Source: a virus
Taxonomy: Duplodnaviria; Caudoviricetes
Direction: 5' to 3' (one strand)
Virus record (IMG/VR): IMGVR_UViG_3300050011_000298
Location: 1 to 59,098 of that record
DNA length: 59,098 bases
Shown here: positions 1-10,329 of the stretch, in pieces
Layout: each line of letters starts with the position of its first letter
Position numbering within the stretch: the first letter of the stretch is position 1
The notes under the pieces: model-generated
Seen by the model: the letters and a program-made list of their open reading frames with translations, nothing else
Databases searched by the model: none
What the model was told of the DNA's origin: nothing
Position numbers and translations under genes: made by a program

Positions 1-2
1 TG

Positions 3-3000
3 TCTGCGGCCTTTTTTGCGCCAGGAGCGACGGGTTCATTTTCCCCATCTTGGAGCACAGGCACTATGGGTATCACCGTCGCCCTCAAATCCGTCGGGAG
101 CGCAACGGTCCTTGTGGGTGTGAGTCCGCCAGTCGGAACTATCATGCGGGTCTATTATCATCTGCCCGCAGGTACTGGTCCAGGTTTCACTGGTCCGACC
201 GAGCCCATTTGGCCCACATCTATTGGCGGCATCGTCAACGACGGCGGAATTCAATGGACAAATTACGGGCCTGTCGAAGTCTGGTATCCGCAAACAAATT
301 ATCCAGTTCCTGTCGTGGTGTTGGATACGAACGGAAATTTGCAGCGCGCGGTTACTGCCACGAGTCCTGTACAGCCGTGGAATGCGGCAACTGGATATAC
401 TGTCGGGCAGATTGTTTCGTTCGGTGGGGGTTTTTGGATTAGCGTGTTTGCGGGAACCAATACAGGTGTTGCGCCGAGCAGTAATTATACGGTCCTTGTT
501 GGGGGGACGACAACAACCCCATATTGGGCTGTGGCGTCAAATCCCGCCGTCACAGGAGCCATCGCTCCAGTATGGAATACAAACGCCAACCCGCTGTTGG
601 GCAGCATCACGACCCAGGACGGCAGCTACACCTGGACCAACCTCGGGCAAGGTTCTCCGCTCGCGAGTTTCGGATATGCGTACGTCTACGCTTTCCGAAC
701 GGTGTACGGACATCTGACAACAGCAAGCCCGTTCAGCAACAATACTGGCGCGATTCTCGGACCACTGAACGGCAGCATTCAGTCGTTTTCCATCACCGCG
801 AATGTCGCGACGTTTTTCGGCAGCAACAACTTTATTCCTGGGAACATCTTTACGGTCGAGGGGTTGACGACAGGCACTTATTTTAACAACCAGATATTTA
901 CTGTCCTGACCGCACAACCGTCCTCCAGCTTTCCGTTGACCTCGACGCAAATCAGCGGCGGTACTACTCTAACCGTCAAAGCCATCAATCTTTTAGTCGC
1001 AGGACAGAGCGTGACATTCAGTAACTTGACGGACCCGAGCGCAACATGGCTGAACGGGTTGACGCTGATTGTGTCGGCGACAGGATTAAGCGGCACGCAG
1101 TTCGAAGTGACAGGGACATCTCCTCCTGCTGGAAACTACGGCCCGACGGCCACGACAGGCACAGTGCTCCTGAACGGAAGCTGGACTGCGACTTTCAACA
1201 ACGGTGGCGTGTTTGTACCGTTGACTTCGGATTCTGGGACTGCGGCTCCGCTTATCTCAACCATCACGGGCCAGGGCACATCTTTGCTAGATGGCCAGGG
1301 ATTTTCGTTGTGCAACTCCGTCGCAACCATCACAGGATTCTCAGTGACCGCGAACGTCCTGACGATTTTCGCCAGCAACAATTTCCAGCCTGGCATCTGG
1401 GTCACCCTCGGAGGTTTGACTACCGCGACGTTTCTGAACGGTCAGCAGTTCCAAGTCATCGCGGTAGATCAGTCGCTCGGAACCCAGAACACATGGTTTC
1501 AAATATTTTTTACGACTTCCGACTCGGTGCAGACGCTCGACGGAGGCACCGCTACATTCAACGCGGTGGAAATATATCGTCTCTCGGATGGCGGCGGCAC
1601 CTATTTGTTTGATGGCGCGGTCACGAACCCAGGCGCAGGAATTCAGTGGACCTTCGACGACTTTGTCATCGATCCTGATCTGGATATTCTTTTGATTGCT
1701 CCACTGTTCCATCAGAACGACCCGCCTCCTGGCGCACCTGGTTCATCCATTCCGCCGCTGGGCAAACCTGTAGGTACTATCAGCGTATACTGGCAGGGAC
1801 GGCTCTGGATGGTTGACGGAAACTATGTGTATTTCGATTCAGGACCAGATTGCACGAACGGTATTCCCGAGGAAGCGTGGGCTCCTGGGAATCGATTCAA
1901 GTTCTCAGGACCTGTGCTGAATCTGCAGCCAACTGCGGACGGCATCGGGATGCTTGTTTTCTTGGCCGACCGCGTGCAAGCAATTCTCGGCGGACCTGAG
2001 ACTATCAGCTTCTACGCTACAGATTTTTTGAGCAACTTCGGCGTTTCCAGTACGAACGCTGTCTTCCGCGACGGCTCGATTATTGGTTTGTTTACCACGC
2101 AGAAGCAGTACTTTGAATTGCTGGGCGCGCAGAAAGAAGATGTCGGGCTACATATTTCGGATTACTTGGCGACGAACGTCAATCCCGCCAAAGCGTATGT
2201 CACACTGCACCGTGACGGAACCGATGTGGGTTTATTCATCAGCAACGGCATAGACCGCATTTTGCGCTACGGGCCCAACGTCCCGTCATGGAGCGTTCCT
2301 GCGTTCCCATTATTCGGAGTAGGCGCGCTGAAATCGGTCGAGACATCGGTTGGAATTTATAGTTTACTGTTAGCGACGCCGACGGGCGGGGTGCGTCCGA
2401 CAAATCCGCAATTAGGGGTTGCAGCTACATACGCCCTTCTGGCGTGGAGCGGAATTACCAACACAGGCAGCACCGTGATTACGGGCGGCAACATCGGTTC
2501 GAGCCCGACCACAACCATTACAGGATTTCCTCCAGGCGTGATTATGTCCCCTGGGATTATCGACAATACCAACGCGGCTGCAGCGCATACGGCAGCGGTC
2601 GCGGCATACGCGCACTACGCTGGGTTGACATTCACCTCGCTCGGGACGGCTGTGAATTTGGCGACAAGCGGGAACGGCGCAAACAGCCATACATATCTTG
2701 CTGGAAATTATAGCTCAACATCCAGCTTCGACATCCCGAACACGTTCGGCGGGATAGTTCTTGATGCGCAAGGAAATGCGAACGCCCAGTTTGTGTTTTT
2801 CGCTGCGTCGACGACCACCCTCGAAGGCGGCTCGACCATCGCACTCATCAACGGCGCGCTTGCAAGCAACGTCATTTGGGTGGTCGGCAGTTCTTTCGTA
2901 TCCGTTGCGCCTTCGACTATGGTGGGGACAATCTTGGCGCAGATTTCTATCACACTGGGCGGCGGCACTTTTAACGGGATCGCATTGGCGGGCCTTGGCG

Positions 3001-3545
3001 GAAGTTCTGGCGCAGTGACAATCTCTACCGCCGAAATTATCTCGACAGGCAACACCCAGGCTCAATTGGACCAAGGGAATTATATCTATGTCCGCGATCT
3101 GACTTCATGGGGAGATGGCAACACCATAATCGGCGCCAACGACGGCACACCGTACGCACTTTGCGAAGTTGTCATCGGCAGCATCACGATGTCGCAACTC
3201 GGCGGAAAATTGTTCCCGTTGCAACATGTGATCGGATACTTCGACGCAGTCGGCACACTCAACCATGGCGGCCCGTCTTATCCCGACATCTGGGTGCTGC
3301 CGAACGAAGTCCAGCCCACCACCGCCGTCCCGTTTGTTTATTTGCCTGAGATTGTGCAAGAGCCCCCGACTGGGCAAAACAATCCGTCGTCCTCTATATT
3401 GGCGTTGAGGTGGAATGTATCAATGGTAAATAGTACACAGATGAGTCAGTATATTCACCACATGCAGTGCCGCGTTCGATTCGAGCCAGAAAACGCGCCG
3501 AATACAATCAAGGCGCTGGCGTTCGGTGAGGACCAATCGGTGTAA
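3..3545 (+). CDS. Large virion tail protein (5'-truncated) with a carbohydrate-binding-like motif, FCCH-like repeats and an inserted DUF3494 ice-binding-like domain
   Basis: Frame is open from the window edge (ORF track starts at 66). Thr/Gly/Ser-rich; WNAATGYTVGQIVSFGG motif; three N.F..G..VT..GLT...LNG..F.V repeats; propeller-like WQGRLW region; DUF3494 motifs at ~2406-3042. Precedes GNAT-like and ejection-like genes. Confidence 0.75.
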   Translation, partial: SAAFFAPGATGSFSPSWSTGTMGITVALKSVGSATVLVGVSPPVGTIMRVYYHLPAGTGPGFTGPTEPIWPTSIGGIVNDGGIQWTNYGPVEVWYPQTNYPVPVVVLDTNGNLQRAVTATSPVQPWNAATGYTVGQIVSFGGGFWISVFAGTNTGVAPSSNYTVLVGGTTTTPYWAVASNPAVTGAIAPVWNTNANPLLGSITTQDGSYTWTNLGQGSPLASFGYAYVYAFRTVYGHLTTASPFSNNTGAILGPLNGSIQSFSITANVATFFGSNNFIPGNIFTVEGLTTGTYFNNQIFTVLTAQPSSSFPLTSTQISGGTTLTVKAINLLVAGQSVTFSNLTDPSATWLNGLTLIVSATGLSGTQFEVTGTSPPAGNYGPTATTGTVLLNGSWTATFNNGGVFVPLTSDSGTAAPLISTITGQGTSLLDGQGFSLCNSVATITGFSVTANVLTIFASNNFQPGIWVTLGGLTTATFLNGQQFQVIAVDQSLGTQNTWFQIFFTTSDSVQTLDGGTATFNAVEIYRLSDGGGTYLFDGAVTNPGAGIQWTFDDFVIDPDLDILLIAPLFHQNDPPPGAPGSSIPPLGKPVGTISVYWQGRLWMVDGNYVYFDSGPDCTNGIPEEAWAPGNRFKFSGPVLNLQPTADGIGMLVFLADRVQAILGGPETISFYATDFLSNFGVSSTNAVFRDGSIIGLFTTQKQYFELLGAQKEDVGLHISDYLATNVNPAKAYVTLHRDGTDVGLFISNGIDRILRYGPNVPSWSVPAFPLFGVGALKSVETSVGIYSLLLATPTGGVRPTNPQLGVAATYALLAWSGITNTGSTVITGGNIGSSPTTTITGFPPGVIMSPGIIDNTNAAAAHTAAVAAYAHYAGLTFTSLGTAVNLATSGNGANSHTYLAGNYSSTSSFDIPNTFGGIVLDAQGNANAQFVFFAASTTTLEGGSTIALINGALASNVIWVVGSSFVSVAPSTMVGTILAQISITLGGGTFNGIALAGLGGSSGAVTISTAEIISTGNTQAQLDQGNYIYVRDLTSWGDGNTIIGANDGTPYALCEVVIGSITMSQLGGKLFPLQHVIGYFDAVGTLNHGGPSYPDIWVLPNEVQPTTAVPFVYLPEIVQEPPTGQNNPSSSILALRWNVSMVNSTQMSQYIHHMQCRVRFEPENAPNTIKALAFGEDQSV

Positions 3546-3549
3546 AGGT

Positions 3550-4032
3550 ATGACCAAAGAATCCGAAATCATTCGCGCAGTTGTCCACCCAGGAGCAAAT
3601 ACAATTTCTCCTGTGATTTGGCCTGCCGACAGGCAGAAATCTCAGCAGATTGAGCAAACCAAGGTAACCGCGCGCCCGCAAGCAGTGTTTGCTCTGCCGA
3701 CCACACAGCCCGCGACTGCGGTCGTTGCTCCGCGCACGACACCTCCCGCTGTGACTAATGTGCGGGTTGTGACGCGGAAAGCCATCGCGGGTCAGAAAAC
3801 GGTCACGATTCAGTTTACGCATCCGAGCAATAGTCCATACTTTCAAGGCGCCTCCGTCTATTTGAAGCGGGCGGGCGGTCAACCGACGCAAGTGGCCTCG
3901 GGGAATAAGTCTCCATTATCGTTTACTGTGCCCGTGAACGTCGCGTCTCATGCAATTCACGTTACGAGCTACGGGCCGAGTGGTGAAGGAAATGTCCTAA
4001 CTGCACCATCCGCGCCAGTTAGGTTAGTATAG
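3550..4032 (+). CDS. Virion-associated protein with a C-terminal FN3/Ig-like segment
   Basis: ATG at 3550 follows the upstream stop; PPAVTNVRV...TIQFTHP...YLKR...HVTSYGPSGEG resembles fibronectin type III. Confidence 0.5.
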   Translation: MTKESEIIRAVVHPGANTISPVIWPADRQKSQQIEQTKVTARPQAVFALPTTQPATAVVAPRTTPPAVTNVRVVTRKAIAGQKTVTIQFTHPSNSPYFQGASVYLKRAGGQPTQVASGNKSPLSFTVPVNVASHAIHVTSYGPSGEGNVLTAPSAPVRLV

Positions 4033-4594
4033 CGAGGTGAGCACGAAGACTAGAGATTTCGTCACGCTGACGGTCAATTTCATCTTCCATGGCTTGTGGG
4101 TTGCAATGAGGGTGGGTAAAACCGAGCGGTTGGCCTGTTGTGTGACTGTGATGGAGATGGGGCGTTTTACCTACACCAAACTCCCAAGTTAAAGGTTGAC
4201 CGCAGCGTTCGCAGTCGGGTTCAGCCATTATCGTTCGAATAATTGAGTGGGGCGTATCGCAAGGGATAGGTTTATGGTTGCGTTCGCGTGCTTTGCGTCC
4301 AGACGACTTCAAAATATGTGATACGCGGCACCAATAGTTTCGGCTACTCGCACAGGCGAACTGATTAGACTGTCCCAGTCGTTCTGGTAAAACGCCAGAG
4401 CAACCGCATGGAAATGTAAAAGGTTGGCCAGGGTGCTGGGAATTTCGGCGAGGATATCCGTTTCGGATTCTACGATAGTCGCGCCAGCATGATTTGCATT
4501 TGGAACATCGACCATATTTGCCGCGTCGCATAGGAGAGAAATCTGCGAGAGGCTTGGAGATACCACATTTTTTACATACTTTATTCTTTGTCAT
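4019..4594 (-). CDS. Homing endonuclease, endonuclease VII/HNH-like
   Basis: N-terminal CKKC...CSKCKSC zinc motif; C-terminal CERC...HLHHSHTTGQPLGFTHPHCN. Confidence 0.75.
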   Translation of the reverse strand: MTKNKVCKKCGISKPLADFSPMRRGKYGRCSKCKSCWRDYRRIRNGYPRRNSQHPGQPFTFPCGCSGVLPERLGQSNQFACASSRNYWCRVSHILKSSGRKARERNHKPIPCDTPHSIIRTIMAEPDCERCGQPLTWEFGVGKTPHLHHSHTTGQPLGFTHPHCNPQAMEDEIDRQRDEISSLRAHLAILT

Positions 4595-4636
4595 ATCGCA
4601 CCAAAGAGAGTATACTACAGCGCAGGGAGAACGTCA

Positions 4637-5068
4637 ATGAGCGAATGGACTTATAGGCTGGCAGAAATTTCAGATTCATCTCTTTTCGTTGAGTGGGTGA
4701 AATCCAACCCCCTGGTGGACCCCGCAGACGTGCATCGCGCTATCGGCGGGGGTAATCCTGCCTGCCTCACGCTCGTAGCCTGCTTGGATGGGAATCCTGT
4801 CATGTTTGCACCCGTATACCCAACCTGGCATTTGGCCTGTCTATCGATATCGCCAACCACTTCGGCAGACGAGCGCAAGCAAGCCCTGAAGGGGCTGTTG
4901 GAGTTTGGCTGCGGCCTCGCCGTGCAGCAGAACATCCGAGAAATAAACACACTCACGCGCAGTTCTTATCCGATGAGCCATATTGCCGCGCGCCTAGGCT
5001 TTGAGCGCGATGACAGGGAACTATTCCGCTTCACGATACCCGCAAAGCAGCCCGAGTCATCAAAATAA
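4637..5068 (+). CDS. GNAT-fold protein (internal virion protein A-like position)
   Basis: C-terminal ARLGF motif; lies between tail and ejection-like genes. Confidence 0.5.
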   Translation: MSEWTYRLAEISDSSLFVEWVKSNPLVDPADVHRAIGGGNPACLTLVACLDGNPVMFAPVYPTWHLACLSISPTTSADERKQALKGLLEFGCGLAVQQNIREINTLTRSSYPMSHIAARLGFERDDRELFRFTIPAKQPESSK

Positions 5069-5087
5069 GACTATCCTTTCCATAAGT
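5068..5087 (+). promoter_or_regulatory. Putative phage late promoter WGACT-N8-CATAAGT (copy 1 of 12)
   Basis: AGACT atcctttc CATAAGT, 15 nt before ATG 5103. Confidence 0.8.
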
Positions 5088-5102
5088 GAGAGACCCTTGC
5101 TT

Positions 5103-5816
5103 ATGCGAATTACCACCAAAGCTGTCTATGATATAGAGACAGGACAACTTATCTTTTGGACGGGCTACGATTACGATGGCCCAGTCGCATTTTTTTGTTC
5201 TGGCGGGAAAGTCCAGCAGAATGACCAGGCACTCCAAGATGCAAATCTTGCAGCGAATACGAATTTCTTGAACGACGCGAAGACATCCTTCTCGGAGCAG
5301 CAAGCGATTCAAGCGAAGCAGACCTTGGTCGCGAATAACATGATTACGAATCCGATGGGATATACGCCTGCAGCATTGGCGATTCAGAGGACAGGCGTTA
5401 ATGAAAATTTTGCACGCGCCGCAAAAAATGCAATCGGCAGCGCAGCCGCAGCAGGCGCGCGATACGGCAGCGCGGATATTGGCGGCGGGCCGACGGGCGC
5501 GATGGCGGGGCAGATCGCCACAGAAGCATCTCTGGGAAAAGCAGGCGCTCTTTCCAGTATTGACGCCAACAACGAAGCGTTGAAGCGTGAGAACATGATG
5601 GCAGGGATACAGGAACTGAACCAGGCAGGCGGCGCGGCGCAAGGCGCAGTCGGCGGCAGTACCACAGGCGCAGGGACGACAGGCGGCGATACAGTGAACG
5701 CAGGTTCAGGTGTATTGGCTGCGAAGGAATCAGGCTATCAGGAATTTGGCAGCGTACTCGGTGCCGTCGGCGGCCTCGTCACCGCAGGCGCGGGTATTCC
5801 AGGCGTACACGTATAA
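5103..5816 (+). CDS. Putative internal virion/ejection protein
   Basis: Ala/Gly/Gln-rich helical composition; position in the tail-ejection cluster. Confidence 0.55.
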   Translation: MRITTKAVYDIETGQLIFWTGYDYDGPVAFFCSGGKVQQNDQALQDANLAANTNFLNDAKTSFSEQQAIQAKQTLVANNMITNPMGYTPAALAIQRTGVNENFARAAKNAIGSAAAAGARYGSADIGGGPTGAMAGQIATEASLGKAGALSSIDANNEALKRENMMAGIQELNQAGGAAQGAVGGSTTGAGTTGGDTVNAGSGVLAAKESGYQEFGSVLGAVGGLVTAGAGIPGVHV

Positions 5817-5829
5817 AAGGATTTTTATC

Positions 5830-6522
5830 ATGCCCGACACAGTGAACATAAAAAAGGATTATTCTGCTCTCAACGAACGTCTTGCAAAATTGTTCGATGA
5901 GTCGGGCGTGCGCAGAAGTTTTACAGTTCCGTATTTGCAAGGTCAGGAAGCAAAAGATCACATCGATGCGGTAGGTGTGGCGTCCTCACAGAATGGTGGT
6001 TTGGCGGGGAACCTTTTGACATCTCATCATACTGCGGAAGGGAAAGGTTACGGGTCGGGAGATGGATCGACAATCGGCCATCCCGCAGAAAAATTGCGGC
6101 AGACGATGATTCCAAAAGATGACAAAAACGCCCAGGCCGTGATCGATGCCGCTCAGAAGTGTGTGACGGACTTCAAATTCTTGCTGGGCGATGACGACCC
6201 GACTGTGCAGACGGCTCAGGGGCATCTAAATTTGGTCAAGAAAACTTTTGGGTCGGGCATGAGTTTACAGGATTTTGGTGTCCTGATGATTCAAATGATG
6301 AACAAACCTATGCAGGCTATCGCGCAAGCCCATTCTGGGACGAAAAAGGGCGGACATGCCGCTCACCTGCGCGGCCCTGAAGAGGAACAGGCTCAGGAAG
6401 CGCCAGAAACCGCCCAAGGCGGGGCGCAAGGCGACGAACAGGCGCCGACAGACCAATCAGCGGTTCCAGCGGCTCAGGCCGCTCCGCAGGCCGCGCCAGC
6501 GCCAGAACAGGCGCAAGGATAA
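5830..6522 (+). CDS. Hypothetical protein with a low-complexity Q/A/E tail
   Basis: AAGGA RBS then ATG 5830; co-oriented in operon. Confidence 0.6.
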   Translation: MPDTVNIKKDYSALNERLAKLFDESGVRRSFTVPYLQGQEAKDHIDAVGVASSQNGGLAGNLLTSHHTAEGKGYGSGDGSTIGHPAEKLRQTMIPKDDKNAQAVIDAAQKCVTDFKFLLGDDDPTVQTAQGHLNLVKKTFGSGMSLQDFGVLMIQMMNKPMQAIAQAHSGTKKGGHAAHLRGPEEEQAQEAPETAQGGAQGDEQAPTDQSAVPAAQAAPQAAPAPEQAQG

Positions 6523-6526
6523 GCAT

Positions 6527-8260
6527 ATGGCTGAAACTCAACCACAAACACCGCCCGCATCCGTGCCAGAAGCAATGGCACCGCCCGATGTCCAGTACAG
6601 GACACCGTCAGATGCCCCAGCGGCTGCTTCGAACCCAGCGGCTGCTTCGAACCCCAACGCGATTAATCCTGCAGGACAGCCTGTAGCGCCCCCCGCACCC
6701 CCGCCACCGCACGCACGCTTGCTGTCGATGGTGCAAGGGCTGGCGGATGGACTTTCCGCCGCTGGTAAGTCTCTATCTACAGGAGGGAAAGAAGGCGGTG
6801 CCGAAGAAGTTCAACAATTGCAAGCCCAGCGGCAACAGATGAAACAGTCCGCCGTCGCTTCTGCGCAAGCGCAAACAGACGCGGAACTCCGCAATAAACT
6901 GACGACCGCACAGACCAACCAAGCGAACATCAACAATCACATACTGACCGCCACAATGCCTGATGAAATTTCCCTGTCGCACATGAAGGTGCCCGAGGCT
7001 CAGACGAAACTGGCTGGCGAACAGCAAGGTCAAGCCATCGCAGGCGCGGATTTCCAAGCGCAACATGGAGGCATGACGCCTACGCAATTTAATTCCGCAT
7101 TGGCTGGAACAACACCCGCTGCGGGTGCAACAGGCGCGAGCGCATTTTTCACGACCAACGCGCAGCAGCAACTCGGGGCTGCTCAGAAGATTTTGGGAGC
7201 ACAGGACCCATACGTTCAAAAATTGCAGAGCGCGCTCGCTGATCCGAAGGCTACACCAAAAGATTTATGGACCGCGACTTCGCAAATTCAAAATCAAGTG
7301 GCTCTGCAAGAGAAGGCGACTACTGCGCAGACTCAAAAGAACGCAGCGGACCCGCTCTACAAATTGGAAACTGACCCGAGCGAAATGACAGGAGATAAGG
7401 CGCCCGCCGCCGTCGCACTTCTCTCGTCAAAATTGACGGACCCAAATCTTTCGGCAGACCAAAAACCGCGCGTGCAAAGATTGTTCGGGATGGCTCAGAA
7501 GGCACAAGCGAACGCGCTGACGTTCGATAAAGCTAAAGAGACCGCGAAACAAACCATCACGGACGGTGACCCGAAGGCTGCGGGCTCATTGCTGCAATCT
7601 GGATTGGTTTCTCCGCAAGAACTTATTTCGTCGCGCAAGCCTGCGTTCGCGCAGCAAGCGTTCGATGAAGCGATTCGGCTCGGCGGCGGAACAAAAGGCG
7701 CGGACGGTAAGTGGACTGGTGGAACATGGTCCGCTACTAAGGCTGAGTCGCAATACGATTACGCCAAGAACCCGAAGACACAGAACACTCTCAACTTGCT
7801 CACAACGATGCAGAATCCTGGTGGCAGCATTGATATCGCGCAGAATATGTTCAAGCAAATTCCAGGCAAGATTGATGAAGGCACATTCAATAAACTCGTA
7901 ACAGGCGCACAGACAGAATTCGGTGGCGTCAGCACCGTAGATTTCAAAGCGGCTATGACTTCCTTGGCCGACGAATACGCGCAAGTTTTGCAGGGCGGCG
8001 CGGCGACAGAAACCACATTGAGCCAAGCCAAGGATTTAATCAAACAGGCTTATACCGCAAGTCAAGGGTCGGGCGCGTTCGACACCATTCGGTTGGATAT
8101 GGCTGCTCGGCAAAAAGGCATGGTCCGTGACAATCCCGCGCTGATGTCGATGTATCCATCTCCCGCAGCGGCTCCAGCAGGTGCGTCCAACGAAGTATGG
8201 GTCGGCGGCAAACTGACAGGGCATGTGGTTGGAAATAAATACGTGGCGCTCGGACAGTAA
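6527..8260 (+). CDS. Putative ejection (DNA transfer) protein
   Basis: AAGGA RBS; Ala/Gln-rich coiled-coil-like sequence; operon context. Confidence 0.6.
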   Translation: MAETQPQTPPASVPEAMAPPDVQYRTPSDAPAAASNPAAASNPNAINPAGQPVAPPAPPPPHARLLSMVQGLADGLSAAGKSLSTGGKEGGAEEVQQLQAQRQQMKQSAVASAQAQTDAELRNKLTTAQTNQANINNHILTATMPDEISLSHMKVPEAQTKLAGEQQGQAIAGADFQAQHGGMTPTQFNSALAGTTPAAGATGASAFFTTNAQQQLGAAQKILGAQDPYVQKLQSALADPKATPKDLWTATSQIQNQVALQEKATTAQTQKNAADPLYKLETDPSEMTGDKAPAAVALLSSKLTDPNLSADQKPRVQRLFGMAQKAQANALTFDKAKETAKQTITDGDPKAAGSLLQSGLVSPQELISSRKPAFAQQAFDEAIRLGGGTKGADGKWTGGTWSATKAESQYDYAKNPKTQNTLNLLTTMQNPGGSIDIAQNMFKQIPGKIDEGTFNKLVTGAQTEFGGVSTVDFKAAMTSLADEYAQVLQGGAATETTLSQAKDLIKQAYTASQGSGAFDTIRLDMAARQKGMVRDNPALMSMYPSPAAAPAGASNEVWVGGKLTGHVVGNKYVALGQ

Positions 8261-8269
8261 GGACTTACC

Positions 8270-9688
8270 ATGGCTGCGACACCAAACGATATTCAAGGAC
8301 TTCCTGAAGGAGCGGTGCTGAAGCCAATCGCTTCGCAGCCCGCTGTCGACCCATCCCAGATTCAAGGATTGCCCGCTGGCGCCGAGTTACGACCGATTGC
8401 AGGCGCACCCGAAGCGCCGCCTGACACCTCAAGCACGTTGAGTAAGGTCGGTGACTTTGCCAAGGGTATAGGCGAAGGCGCTGTCTCAAGCATGGGGGAG
8501 ACGATTCAATCCTTACCGTGGGTCGGGAAGAGAATCCTATCTCCCGAAGCGATGTCTGCAGAACGCGAATATTTTCGACCAGGCTCGGCGGCTGAGAAGC
8601 ATGGACAGACCACAGGCGACATAGCCGAACCCGTGCTGGAGTTTGTGATGGGCGACGAAGCCCTCAAAGGTTTGGCAATCGCGGACAAAATAGGTATCGC
8701 AGGCAAAATAGCTAAAATAGCTCAAGACTCGCCGTACATCGGCAAAATTCTTCAGCACGGCGTTAACGCTGCCCGTACAGGGACAGTCGGAACGACCGAA
8801 GCACTTGCTAAGGGTGCAACTCTGCCCGAGGCTTTGAAGACGGGCGCGGGTGTCGCGGTCGGTGGAGAAGCGTTGAGCGCCGCTGCAGATGCTGTTGCGG
8901 CCCCCGCAGGGTCAACCGAAGGGTTGATGACGCGGCTGACGAATCCATTTCGAAAATTAATTCAGACGCAGACGGCCAGCCCTGCAGCCGCAGGCGAAGC
9001 TGTATCTCAGCCGATAGCGCAGGCAGGGGTAAAGGCGACGGCCCCGACGGTCGGCGCAAGTTTACGGTCAGGTATTGATGTGGAGACTCCGCTCGCCGCC
9101 GCCAAGAAATTATATCAGACGGTTGACGACGCCGCGAAAACGGACTTCAAAGTTTTGTATGACAAAATGGATGCCGCTCAAGACGCGGCACGTATCGCAG
9201 CGCCTGGGTCGCCTGAAGAGGCGGTTGCTCAACGCAATATTAAAGCCACGCAGGATTCTATCGACGAACATAAAGCCATCGCTGCCCGATCAGGCGTGCC
9301 GAATGTCGACAAGACATTGGCGCAAGCGGATGCGAAATTTGCTGAGACACAAGCCAATAAAGATTTTAACAGCAAGTTTTTCGGGAGTCAGGGTGTGATT
9401 TCGGGGAACGTCGCGCACAGTGTTCCTGAAAAGATTGATGTAGATGCCGCGATTAAAACTTTGGAGAATTTCGATAAGCCGAACAAATTCGGAATTTCTC
9501 GCATGCAGCAGACATCCTTGGGTAAGGATGGAGCGTTCAAATTGAAACAAGTTCTCTACGACGCGCAGAAGGCGGGGCAGACTGCTATGGATTCCCGCGC
9601 ACTTCGGAATACCGTATTGAAATTAGTCGGCATTGGTGGCGGCGTAGCAACAACTGCCGCAGGCGCAGCCTATGAACTTACGAAATAA
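8270..9688 (+). CDS. Putative ejection/internal virion protein
   Basis: TAAGGA RBS; duplicated IQGLP.GA.L.PIA at the N-terminus; Ala/Gly-rich. Confidence 0.6.
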   Translation: MAATPNDIQGLPEGAVLKPIASQPAVDPSQIQGLPAGAELRPIAGAPEAPPDTSSTLSKVGDFAKGIGEGAVSSMGETIQSLPWVGKRILSPEAMSAEREYFRPGSAAEKHGQTTGDIAEPVLEFVMGDEALKGLAIADKIGIAGKIAKIAQDSPYIGKILQHGVNAARTGTVGTTEALAKGATLPEALKTGAGVAVGGEALSAAADAVAAPAGSTEGLMTRLTNPFRKLIQTQTASPAAAGEAVSQPIAQAGVKATAPTVGASLRSGIDVETPLAAAKKLYQTVDDAAKTDFKVLYDKMDAAQDAARIAAPGSPEEAVAQRNIKATQDSIDEHKAIAARSGVPNVDKTLAQADAKFAETQANKDFNSKFFGSQGVISGNVAHSVPEKIDVDAAIKTLENFDKPNKFGISRMQQTSLGKDGAFKLKQVLYDAQKAGQTAMDSRALRNTVLKLVGIGGGVATTAAGAAYELTK

Positions 9689-9739
9689 CGCCGCCTAACA
9701 GATAAACACAAAAAAAGAATCCCGCAATAAATAAGAAAA

Positions 9740-10138
9740 TCATTTGGTCTCCTGTTCTTTTTGTGCGGCGGCTAGCAGCGCCATTTTTTCACGAGATATA
9801 TCTGCCGCAGTCACCTGGGAGGGAATACGCCCAGATTTAGCGGATACCAGTGCTTCTTGCAGCACGTCTGGAAGACCAAGGGCGGCGAGTTGAGAAGCTA
9901 ACTTTTTTGAGTCGGGGGATATAACGAACACGTCCCATAAGTCTGCGCGAAGGGAATCATCAACATCTGGGACAGCACGTAAAACCGCTGTAGCGGTTGC
10001 AACGATGTTCAGGTCTGCGCTCTCTACAGCGGATCGTTTTTGTTGCATCGTTGCGGTTCGATCTTGGCGCTTCAAATTGCTACTTAGAACGCTTGCAAAT
10101 ATAATACATGCAACAAACACCTGCATTGATCGTTTCAT
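9740..10138 (-). CDS. Secreted/membrane hypothetical protein sharing a domain with 57468..58046
   Basis: Signal-like N-terminus; DLWDVF..SPD..L...LA.L.LPD...AL..AK segment. Confidence 0.55.
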   Translation of the reverse strand: MKRSMQVFVACIIFASVLSSNLKRQDRTATMQQKRSAVESADLNIVATATAVLRAVPDVDDSLRADLWDVFVISPDSKKLASQLAALGLPDVLQEALVSAKSGRIPSQVTAADISREKMALLAAAQKEQETK

Positions 10139-10311
10139 GACTTCCGCCGTAGAACAGAAATCAAGCCCTCGACTTCGGGACCATCGTTTGCGGTATCCGC
10201 ATCGATGAATTCGCGGTCAATGCGAAAGGCTAGGTCGCGCGCGCCGTACTGCATCAGTGCGGCGATAATCATTGTTCGTTCTACTTCGGTAATTTGAATG
10301 CTGCGTTTCAT
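10135..10311 (-). CDS. Small hypothetical protein (58 aa, MKRSIQITEVER...)
   Basis: GGAGG RBS behind a GTAC-box sigma70 promoter; stop overlaps the next ATG; below the ORF-track cutoff. Confidence 0.6.
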   Translation of the reverse strand: MKRSIQITEVERTMIIAALMQYGARDLAFRIDREFIDADTANDGPEVEGLISVLRRKS

Positions 10312-10329
10312 AGTGCCTCCATGTCCACC

